The notes beneath the pieces were generated by a model. The model was not told where the DNA came from. It saw only the letters and a program-made list of their open reading frames with translations, and made no database searches. 64,000 nt of DNA. Origin: Paramecium tetraurelia (lineage: Eukaryota). The stretch is taken from positions 147,173-211,172 of the forward strand of contig CT867995.1 of NCBI GenBank assembly GCA_000165425.1. Reading direction: 5' to 3'. The position numbers were made by a program, and so were the translations under genes. Shown piece by piece: positions 52,676 through 64,000 of the stretch (within the stretch, counting starts at the first letter, position 1; every line of letters starts with the position of its first letter).

Positions 52676-53272
52676 TCATTAATTGGTAAATTATTGGCCC
52701 AATGCAAAAAACCAAAGAAGTCCACTGATTTCGTAATCCTTTTCCTGAGCCAACTACAATATTTCATCAGCCAAAGTCTTTCCCATATTCATTTTGTAAA
52801 CAATAATGTTCTCATCTGATTCCAATTCTTATTTTGGATTGAGATTAACTTCCGAATCCCCATCGATGTCAACAATAATGCTTACTTCATTCTCTGTAGA
52901 TTTCCAGGGGTCGTTTCTTATGCGTACTCCATTATATTGAAAATGCCTGATCTGTGCTGTATATCCTGTTTCCTCTTTAATTTCCCTTAGACCATTCTCT
53001 TCTATGGTACCTTCTTAATCTACTAAGCCTGATGGGAATTCCAGACAAAACTTTCTAATGGGAGGTCTAAAATTGGCAATGAGAATCAGCTGAGATGGTT
53101 TTTCTTTGTAATTGATGATGGGTATGATTTCTACACCACCTCTATGACCTGGAGGTCTTTCAACAAACTCCCATATTTTTTTGTGTCCATTAACTTCAAA
53201 ATGGAGGAATTTGTAATGCAGCCACTTGCCTTCATAGATTAGTTATTCATCAACCTTAGTATTGAAATCCAT
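52676..53272 (-). CDS. Nudix hydrolase, ADP-sugar pyrophosphatase (NUDT5-like)
   Basis: YEGKWL, WEFVER, FRPPI...LEFPSGLVDQEGTIEENGLREIKEETGY. Confidence 0.88.
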
Positions 53273-53351
53273 AGTTATAAAATATTACGTATTATGTATT
53301 GAAAATAAATGTAGTGATGTAGCAAATCCAGAAATAAATTAAATATCTAAA

Positions 53352-54482
<1,131 letters not shown>

Positions 54483-54585
54483 TATATTATTGAAATTATT
54501 TAGTAAAATAAAAAAATAATTACCTTTTTCTTAATTATCATTTTTTAAATTATAGATAAAGTTTACAGAATATAAAGATATAAAA

Positions 54586-55268
54586 TCATTGTTGAATTTA
54601 TTTAAACATCTTCAACTTGGAATCTTCCTCATCTACTTTTATTGATTTAATTGTGTTAGGGAATCTTGAGAGTAGATTAGAGCTTTTTGTTCCTAAAAAA
54701 ACGATTGAAGCTTTGGAAATGTTGATCATCTTGAATGTTATATGGCTGAGAATAATCATTGTCATCCTCAAAAACTATTTATTTTTTTGGAAAATATTTT
54801 TTGAATAACTTTTTACTCGATGATGCATGACTTATAGCTGCTTTAATGACTTCCTCATTTTATATTGGCTATCGATATCCTGGGAATCCTCTTATGTATT
54901 ATCTAATTATACCCATATCTAGCCTTGTATAGTTACAAAAATTATCCAACAGAGGGCTTTCTCTCTTCTATCACAAGTTTCTTCAATCTCAGGTCCTAGT
55001 TATTATCCCATATTTCAAACTCCTCATCAACACTTACCTAACTTTCAGTGACAGAAACAAGTGACTGTCTACAATTGATACTGCTCTATTTTTGTAAAAC
55101 TTGTCTTGGTTAAATTTAGATAACACTTTTTTAAAATTAGCCCAACTGCTTAACCACTCTATTTGTCAACGACTTGCAAGTCAAACTCACTTATAAAGAT
55201 CTGTATTGATTCGAATTTTATTAGTTTGATTTTATTGATTTGATACGGAAGTTTTATGAACTTTTCAT
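54586..55268 (-). CDS. Hypothetical protein
   Basis: Coding-like frame ending in TGA; start and exon structure uncertain. Confidence 0.35.
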
Positions 55269-55306
55269 TAATTTATATATTTTAATATTAGTATATATAA
55301 AAGTGC

Positions 55307-55570
55307 TCACATTTTAAGCCAATACAATTGAACCCTCAATCTCTCTATAAATGCTGCATCTAGCTTTTTCTCATATTGTTCCAACAATTTTATTTCCTTG
55401 TCAAATGATTGCAATTCTTTCAATGGATCCCTCTTGCACAATCTTTGTTTAATTGGCTCTCGAGATATTTGTCCCAAAAAGGAGTTGCTCCTTGGATATC
55501 TGCATGTCCCTTCAGTCTTTAATCTATGCGAAGACCTATTCTCCTTGTAACTCTTTATGCTCGGTAACAT
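55307..55570 (-). CDS. Small basic hypothetical protein (87 aa)
   Basis: Complete ATG-TGA ORF flanked by AT-rich spacers. Confidence 0.6.
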   Translation of the reverse strand: MLPSIKSYKENRSSHRLKTEGTCRYPRSNSFLGQISREPIKQRLCKRDPLKELQSFDKEIKLLEQYEKKLDAAFIERLRVQLYWLKM

Positions 55571-56157
55571 TTACTGTTAATTAAATATTATATATGCCTA
55601 ATTTTAAACACAGACGAAAATTAAAATCTATGTTTTATCTTCCCTTCAGTAAGGAAAACTGACTTAGACCTTAAATAACCTCGTCTTCCTTATCCTACAA
55701 CTGTTGGAACTTCCAAACAAATATCTAGTATCCTTTTGATTTCAGTCAAAACCTAAATTAAGTATTTCTTATCGAGTCGTTTTATCAATGAGAAATTTTC
55801 ATATAATTATATACATTTTACTTACTTTTTAATACACTTTACAAACTCAATTAAAAATTTAACAACTATTTTAGAAACATTTCACTAAAAGTTGTAATTT
55901 TATAAATGGGCATATTACAATAAACTAAAATTTTAGATTACCATATGATTCTTTTGTTAAATTGAGCAGTTTAGCCATAAGCCCCTTTTCTCTATCGCAA
56001 CTGAAGATGATTTAATAAAAACCTTTTTTTAAGTATGTTTATTCACAAAAGAAATGTTTTTTTTCAATCACTCATTAACATAAGAAATAAGGATAGATAA
56101 ATCAAAAATTATTGATTGTTACTTAGAATTTTAGATTATCAATCATATATAAGAAAA

Positions 56158-56457
56158 TCAAAGTCCATATTGTTCTGAATCGAATTTCTGCATGACATCC
56201 CTTATTAGTTTAGGCTCTAGTTTAGTTGGAATTTAGGCTTTTGGAGTTGATGGTGTATGATTATCAAGATTTGACTCAGAATCCAATTTTTATTATGGGA
56301 TCTTTTAATTTGTTAGCCACCTTTCATAGTATTCATTTTTTTTCTTTCCTTTCTACATCTGCTGAATAGTATTTGTATCTGCTGACGTTTATCTCTTTCG
56401 ATTTTACACCGCTTTCTTGTGAAATCTGTTATTCTAAATCCCCAGATTATCATTCAT
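56158..56457 (-). CDS. Small hypothetical protein (~99 aa)
   Basis: Complete ATG-TGA ORF under table 6. Confidence 0.55.
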
Positions 56458-57264
56458 AATTGATTATTATTTTTAATAAACTAAATATATTAAGAATTAC
56501 AAATCTTTGAAAATTATTTGAAAATAGAGAATGCAAAGTATTATCTAAAATTTGTAATTTAAGTCTTGTAATACATAATTATAGTTTAAGATATTAAAAA
56601 AAATAACATTATATTCATATTCTCATAAAAAAAAGACAAAATCCCCTTTCAAAGAATATATACTTTGTATTTTAATTATTATTTTTTTTGATTTTTAATA
56701 ATATTTGTTTAAGCTATTACAAAAACAAATTTACATTTTATTATCTTTAAATTATTAAGTTATGTTATATCTTAGATTAATAAGTTAAATGATTGTATCT
56801 AAAGAATAAACAGCTTACATAAATGTTTTTAATTCAAAATTATTTTCAGATTTTGATTTTGAGCTTTTAAGAATCCTATCTGAATAGCAGTTGTTATTTG
56901 TGATACAACGCAAGATACATTAATTGTTTCTTGGACTCTAGATGATTATATTTAATGGCTTTGTTTTTTATCAATATGAATACTACTAAATTTGATTCCT
57001 ATTCTAATTATTCATGCATATGTAAATGATTATTTGAATTTTACCTATCCTCATCCCATTTCAAATATGAAGTTGTAAATAATTTACCAATACTTTTAGG
57101 ATTAATTTTGTGTTGGTAAACTAATCATACTTTAATTCTCTAGAATATTCAACTATCCTAAATAGTATCATAAACAATTCATTCTTATTTGATTAGGAAT
57201 TTTAATTATTTCTGATAAAAATTGATATAAAATTTAGTTTAAATGCAAAATAATATTAATAAAA

Positions 57265-58789
57265 ATGGAATAGGAGGTAGGAAAAGTTTGTTTGGTAGAA
57301 GTGCCAATTGAAAAGACATTTCTATTTTAGGATTAGATTACAATAGACAAAAGTCTTTCCACTTTGAGAGAAGGATTATCTTATAGATTTATTCAATCTT
57401 TTATGAATCCCCAATAAAAGTTGTTGATTGTGTGTCCACCAACATATGCTCTAAAAGAATTAGATACTAAAGCAAATAATAAAAACCTTTTTGATGGGAA
57501 AGGATATATCAAAGCGCTTCCAAAGGCTGAGTACCCACATGTTGTTGGATAATAATCAGGCATGAGAAGTGCCATCATTAAATAGAATGGAAAAAATTAT
57601 AGATTAAAAGGTTGTGGAAATGGGACTGACGGTTTTACACTGAGAAAATTTGAAGGGGACATAGAAAATGCAGTTGAAATAAGAGGATGTTGTTTTGATC
57701 ATACAGTCAAAAGAGAACTTTTTATGAATAGAAAGGTTGAATAAATATTAAAGAAATATAACATAGAAACTGGTAATATTAGTATTGGTTATTGGTAATA
57801 TGGAGATGTTGAATCTATAAATGAAAATTTAGAGAAGAACTTGTAAAATGAAATGTCTTTAGTTCCAAAATATTGTGGAATCTATGAGACAATTGGTGAT
57901 TTCAGACTTGGAACACATTTACTTCAAGGTCTTAGAATTATTGTAAGTTCCAGTGTTACTGATTGGAGTGTCGATGATATTAGACGATTGGTTACAGTTT
58001 AATCAAGGATTGTAGAGAATAGAAAGTCACCAAATGGAAATCCATGGGATCTTAATAATACATAATTCAGAGAGAGACCATAAGGCACAATATTTTAGGA
58101 GGATGATTATCAAAATAATCGAGTATTTGATTGGGAAAAAGAAAAGGATAATGTTAGTATCACAGAAAATTTAAATGTAAACTCAAAGCTATAAAATATA
58201 AGTATTCTTTATTAAAGGATTGGATATGAAATAGGAAAAGTAAAAAGAATATTTATTGACAATGACATCAGTTGGGGATATTTCAGGGATCATAGCAAAT
58301 TTTATTATCATAGCAATGCTCATTTAGATAATTTTGTTTTAATTTAAAATGGATCTAGCTTACTAGCTCCAGTAGATTTTGATCTTGCTTTCTGGTATTT
58401 ATTGTTATTTATTTATTAGTAAAGAAGAGTTCATTAACATTGACATTGATTTTGATGCACAACTTAATAAATCTTCAGAGATTTAAGAAAATAAAAATTA
58501 TGGTAAATTTGATTTGGAATAATGGTTATTTTATCAGGATCAAGAAAGAATTGGTTTAGAATTAGCAATAGGAGGGATGGATATGATTTTAGCAAGTCAT
58601 ATGTTTTTATAAAAATAAAAAACAGATGTTGAAGAATATATTGAGATACTTTTAAGAGATTAAATGAGGATTGGATATTTAGAGGGAATGCAATTAAAAG
58701 ACGATTCTAGTTTATTTTATTAAAGAATGGATAAAATACAAGATATAATTAAAGAAGCTTTAAATTTGACTCAAGACATAATTTCTTGA
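57265..58789 (+). CDS. Atypical kinase-fold protein, candidate SelO-like pseudokinase
   Basis: GQQSGMRSAII...YRLKGCG...RG......RE...GDFRLG...SWG...HSNAHLDNF...PVDFD; one 25-nt intron 58395-58419; about 500 aa. Confidence 0.7.
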
Positions 58790-59009
58790 ATCATAATATA
58801 ATTTATTATTATTGATTTTTAACACACTTTATTTAATTACTATCTTTAATTAATTTAGATTTTGTATATTTATGTAATGAAATCCTCCCTTTAGTGATTC
58901 AAAATAATTACATATTTCGTTAAATATTAATACATTGAAATTTTATTTTTTAACCTGTTTAATTGGAAAATAGTAAAAAACAAATTTGATTATTGCTAAG
59001 AATATTATT

Positions 59010-59665
59010 CTATTCATGAATCCATGTTCATATTTATGGATATTATATGTAAGTAAAAATTATTCTTTTCCCTTTAAACAACTCAAATCTTCTCTAAAAA
59101 TTTTCATAAGCATATTTGAACTTAATCTCCTTATTCTTCGCTTGTGTTTCCTATATTTCTAATTTATTACAGTGTATAATAATTCAAATAGCAGTGAGAT
59201 CATTCCTGAAGCTATGTACATAGGTTACATTTAAATGAGGAAATCATTTCCTTTAGCTAACTTTTTTAATAAACTAAAATTTAAATAAGTTGTAAAATAC
59301 CTGCATTGTAAATTTTAGTAGCAAGTAGAAAGTAGAGAAAAAGAAAGTTATTATATTTGGCAATACTTGTTAATTGTTTATCCTTTTCAATTAAAGAACA
59401 AAAAAATATTTACCAAGCTCTTGTCAATTCATCAGATTTAAATGCCTGAGTCAAGTATCTTAAAATTACTGATAATTTCCTCAGCAATGTTAGATGCTTA
59501 CTGTAATTTTCTAAATAATTGGAAATTATAAAAAGAGTAATCATTCTGTCCATCTAATTCTGAAAGGAAACTTCTTAACCCCAATTCCAACATCATCCCC
59601 AAATGTTTTTGCACTCCATATTTTTTATACAGCCTTATTCCTTATTCATCTGTATTAATTGCCAT
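59010..59665 (-). CDS. Hypothetical helical protein
   Basis: Open frame MAINTDEQGIRLYKKYGVQKHLG...; 3' end uncertain. Confidence 0.35.
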
Positions 59666-60249
59666 TTGTTCACATTAATTTTTGAGTCAAAACTTGTAAT
59701 CGATAAATATTTGAATTAAAATACATTTATTGTGTTTAAAACAAAAATAATTAAATAGAGTAAATATTTTATAAATATATGTAAAATAAGAATGGTGAAA
59801 TTATGATATATATTTCAAGTAAATGTTACTACCTCAAATCTGAAATCTTACATATTCATTAAATTTATTTCAATTAATTACTACGATAATGTTAAAAACC
59901 CTGAAAACTTTAAATATTCAACTTGAGATACCAAATAATAAATTTACAAAATTTGAAGATCTCATTAAATGATTTAACAATTGATAGACCACTATTGATA
60001 AGAAGGATCAAAAAGTCAACAGAAAAATTAGAAATCATTTTAAATATATTTATTCATTCTAAATACATTCACAACCCCATAATAAATTGATTTAAGCTTC
60101 TTTAAAATAGTATTCTTAGTGAAAACCATTTGTGTGCTATGAAATAATTATTTAAAATTAAAAGTTCTTTTATTTATTATAACAATAAAATAAGCATTTG
60201 ATAAGTTATGATAATCTTTAGAAACTATAAAATATAAAACATTAGGTAA

Positions 60250-60971
60250 TCATATTTATTGCTTATTTCTTTGAGCAGATATTTACTTTTAAGTCTCTGC
60301 AAAATTCTTAATTTTCTTAACTTTTTAGACAGCTTTTTCCTTTTTGATTTTCTTTTTTTGAATTTCTTGATATTCTTAATTATATTTGTTTTATTATTCG
60401 ACTTGTTTTGGTTGGTATCTATATCCTGCTTTAGGTCTTTTGACATCGAAATCAACTTAGACTTGCCTTCCGTGAACCTTTTTTCCATTCATTTATAAGG
60501 CCTTAATCACTGATTAATGATCTTCGAAATCTATATATGCAAAGCCTTTAAAATTCTTTGATACAGTGTTGTACACCATTCTAACGTTTGCTACTTTACC
60601 ACAAGGTCTAAAGGAGTCTCCGATTTGATCGGCATTAAGATCATAGGAGAGATTTTTGACAAAGATTGTGAGACAATCAGGAGGGGGAACATTTGGTTTT
60701 TAAGGTTGAGTTCCTTTTGCCTCCTTGACATCTATATATCTGCCGCCTAATTGAGTGCCATTAAGTGCTAAGGCTTTTTAGATAGCTTCGGAATCACTAA
60801 ATGTGATGTGACCATATCCTAGTAGTCTGTTTGAATCCTAATATCTGGGCAATTTAATGGAACTAGTTTAAATGGTATGAATTACAGGATCTCTCCGCAA
60901 TCTTCAAAAAGAGATTAAACATCATTTTCTGAAGCAGTATATGGCAAACCACTAATAAAGACTTAATACAT
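60250..60971 (-). CDS. Two-RRM RNA-binding protein with Lys-rich tail
   Basis: VFISGLPY...LGYGHITF and IFVKNLSY...KGFAYIDF; one tiny intron. Confidence 0.92.
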
Positions 60972-60985
60972 TAATATTAATATTG

Positions 60986-61294
60986 ATGTTATTCAACATA
61001 GTTTCTGGAGAGTCAGAGAAGTTATATGAAAAAGAGAACCCCACTTATGATGAGGTAGTTCGTTTCATCAGAGAGCAAATGAACATAATCAGCCCTTTAT
61101 TAACGTATATTGATGATGATGGGAAATCCTATTATGTGAACTGTACGAATGACATAAATGAGATAAAAAAGAAGTTGTCAATAATTAAGAAAGTGAATTT
61201 GTACATAACATTGTAATCATGGACTTGTGCATTTTGTACATACGAAGAGAATACAGAGGAGAAATGTGAAGTTTGTGGTCAAATGAAAAAATGA
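60986..61294 (+). CDS. PB1 domain + RanBP2/NZF zinc-finger protein (~102 aa)
   Basis: Acidic OPCA-like LTYIDDDGKSYYVNCTNDI; WTCAFCTYEENTEEKCEVCG. Confidence 0.75.
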
Positions 61295-61300
61295 ATTAAC

Positions 61301-62035
61301 TCAATTACACATAAACTAATTTAATCTCTTCTTCTTGAACCATTCATCGAAAAACTATTCCTTACGAATATCATTTTCAAATCCATAATGATAATTTTTG
61401 AAGGTGAAATCAACAACATCTTAATGCAATTTCAATTTCTGTAACACATCACAAAGTACAAGCCAACTCAATCCATAAAACACTTGTTTTTCTAATTTAT
61501 AATAGGGGAACTATTAATATTAAAATCCCTTCATCACAATATCAGATAAGTATTGTTATCTCTCAACAGTACGAACAAATAAATGGACTGATTTGTTTTT
61601 GTACTTTTTAATACTCATGTTCTATAAACTTATCGAGTTCAAAGGCAATCTCATTACTCTATCAACTTCATTCTCATTCGGGATAAAATCCACATGTCCA
61701 TCCAATTAAAAGATGTGAGCTGCTATCATTAGATGCTTGTTCTTTGTATAGTATGCTTGATAATTCTTATCCATTCTTCCCAAATGATGGCTTTCGTTTA
61801 GATTCACTCCGATTTCCTCTTGAGTCTCTCTTATTGCTGCCTACAATGTATTTTCATCCTTTTCCACTTTGCCACCAGGAAATGCAATCTAACCAGAATG
61901 AGGATCTCTGGCATTTACTTTACGCTTGATCAGCAGTATTTCATTGTTATTCATAATGACGGCCACTGCAGTTTGAATTATTTGAGGATTGTACAGAATG
62001 GTTGAATTTGAAAGAGTTTAGCGCAAAATCTACAT
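61301..62035 (-). CDS. Nudix hydrolase, CoA-pyrophosphatase-like (NUDT7/8 type)
   Basis: AVAVI...LLIKRKVNARDPHSGQIAFPGGKVEKDENTLQAAIRETQEEIG. Confidence 0.88.
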
Positions 62036-62047
62036 TAATTATTAACG

Positions 62048-62806
62048 ATGAAACAAATTATGATCAATTTCTCAGAACTCACTGATGATGCCAAAAAAAA
62101 ATATATTACTTTTCTAGCTGAAAGCAATATAAGTATAGAAAAGCAATCAATTAAGAAACCTACTATGCCACAATAGCATCGAGCCAGACAATACAGTGCT
62201 AATTCTGACATTGCAAGTTTTAAGTCATATACTCCAACAAGTAAATTGCAATTGAATCTCTAAATTAGAGTCTAAAACATACATTTAATCTCATGTCAAG
62301 ACAGAGCATTCAATTACTACTAAATTCGATGATCTGATCGATGCATATCCCACCATCATGAATTAAATATCCAATTAGGATCTACTCTCAAGGCCACTCA
62401 AATTAAATTTGAATGAGCTCTGTCTCATCATTGAAGAAATATACTAAAGAAAATTCATTGATGATACAAATTAATTAACTAAATACTAAACTGTGTGCGA
62501 TATATCCTTTGCAGATTATGTCTATAATTTTTTATTACAGAAATTCAAGCATTCCAGAAATCAAGTATTAGACCAACATATAAATTAGCAAATCATCAAT
62601 TTCCTTGCATCTGTCGATCTGCATTCACTTAGAAAAAAAGACATAAGCCTCTTTCAATCATTCTTAAGGTATTAGAGATAAGAAGTTTTGACCTTCTATT
62701 TATATACAAGAGCCGTGATCTAGAAAGAACTTAAACTATCTTTTTATCATCGTATTATTTACATTTTAATTTATAATAGCACTCCGCAAATAATGTATTG
62801 ATAATG
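62048..62806 (+). CDS. Hypothetical helical protein
   Basis: Coding frames LCLIIEEIYQRKFIDD...FADYVYNFLLQKF; introns likely; 3' end uncertain. Confidence 0.45.
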
Positions 62807-62950
62807 AGTAGTTGTAATTAAATTAAAAATAAGTGTAACAAATCTCACAACTTCTGTATAATAGTGAAGATAGGTACTAGGAATTCAAAAAGTATTTTAA
62901 GGGGAATAATATATCAGTCAGTGATTTTTTTTCTGCTGCTCTGCATATTT

Positions 62951-63652
62951 ATGAAATACAGCATTAAACACATAAATAAAAGCCATTCTAATCATAAATC
63001 AAATACATACCTCCACTGCAATTCACAAATACTACTAATAATTTTGATGAGTATTAAGTGGATTCTCCATTATTTGCTTAATCTGAAGTAGCCACAGATT
63101 AGAACCAATAACAAGAGAAGTATTTTGCATCCACTGGTCCAAGTCAATAGAATAGCAATTAGAAAGAGTAAGAGTAAGAACTAGAAGTCTAATTCAAGTT
63201 TAAGAAAAAGAATGACAACTTTAATTTAGTTTAATAAAACATAAATGAGAAGTTGGAAGTCAAATTAACAAGATTTATCTAAGATTTACTTGAGGAAATG
63301 GGGGAGTTAGATTTTGAATAGAAAACATAAAAGTTAGAGGAACTGTAGAACTGTATAGATGGAATTATGAATACTCTTTTGGATGCTATATACAAATATG
63401 ATAAGCTATTATGGTACTCTTAATGATTGTTATGAAGGTTCAAAAGATTGAACAAACAACCAGATGATATAGGGTTAGAATATATTGAAAATCTTTAAAA
63501 AGTGTACAGGAGTTTAAGCAAAACTAAATAACCTTAAAATGAAGATCTTGAAAAATTCAGTTGCTCATTAATGCAAGTATGTAATGTAATAAACAAAGAC
63601 ACCAGAGTTGGCTAAGTAGATAGAAAGTGAATTGCCTTGGTTGGGAGAATGA
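62951..63652 (+). CDS. Hypothetical protein (boundaries uncertain)
   Basis: Purine-rich coding-like sequence ending in TGA just before the V-ATPase gene. Confidence 0.3.
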
Positions 63653-63681
63653 TACTAAATAATTAAATATAATATAAAAAT

Positions 63682-64000
63682 ATGAGTATTATGAATTGGG
63701 GCAATCCATATGATTGGACAGCTGTAGAGTGGTAAAGTGCCACATGGGGAGAAAGATTTATGTATATCGATCCTTACTTTTGGAGGTAGATGTGAATGAT
63801 TATATATCTAGTTATTTTGGAGTGGCATTGGCATTAGCAACATCAATTATAGGAGCATCATGGGGTATATTTGTGACAGGCGTATCCTTGTTGGGATCGA
63901 CTGTGAAAGCACCACGAATTAGATCGAAGAATTTGATTTCAGTCATTTTTTGTGAGGCTGTGGCCATCTATGGGGTGATTATGGCAATCATCATGATTGG
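63682..64000 (+). CDS. VMA16: V-type ATPase proteolipid subunit c'' (partial, runs off the window)
   Basis: [29 protein letters not shown]...[24 protein letters not shown]. Confidence 0.93.

Noticed and set aside
59300..59665. Faint resemblance to a cullin N-terminal repeat
   Set aside because: Too short, with no cullin homology or neddylation domain visible.

Overview
AT-rich, gene-dense eukaryotic DNA, most consistent with a Paramecium macronuclear chromosome. TAA/TAG read as Gln inside conserved motifs (e.g. lipase GHS-TAA-G), TGA is the only stop, introns are about 20-30 nt GT..AG, several intergenic gaps are only 11-26 bp, and a trichocyst matrix protein T4 gene is present. The supplied standard-code ORF track is therefore fragmentary or in shadow frames, so I re-translated by eye with the ciliate code (table 6); boundaries may be off by a few bases. 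About 45 genes are visible: lipase, TMBIM, TBL1-like, OSCA-like channel, divergent PABP, EF-hand, cyclin, classical PTP, CAMK-like and CK1 kinases, CHMP1, TMP T4, WD40, MORN, USP, RING, LRR, START, two Nudix hydrolases, MDH, RRM and V-ATPase c''. The most notable are a candidate divergent SelO/NiRAN-type pseudokinase (57265-58789), a candidate RAP1 telomere protein with Myb and RCT domains (13902-14665), an intron-containing bacterial-type D-Ala-D-Ala carboxypeptidase with no signal peptide (29283-30275) and a minimal PB1-NZF adaptor (60986-61294). No rRNA, tRNA, CRISPR array or recognisable transposon was seen. All family assignments rest on motif recognition, not database searches.
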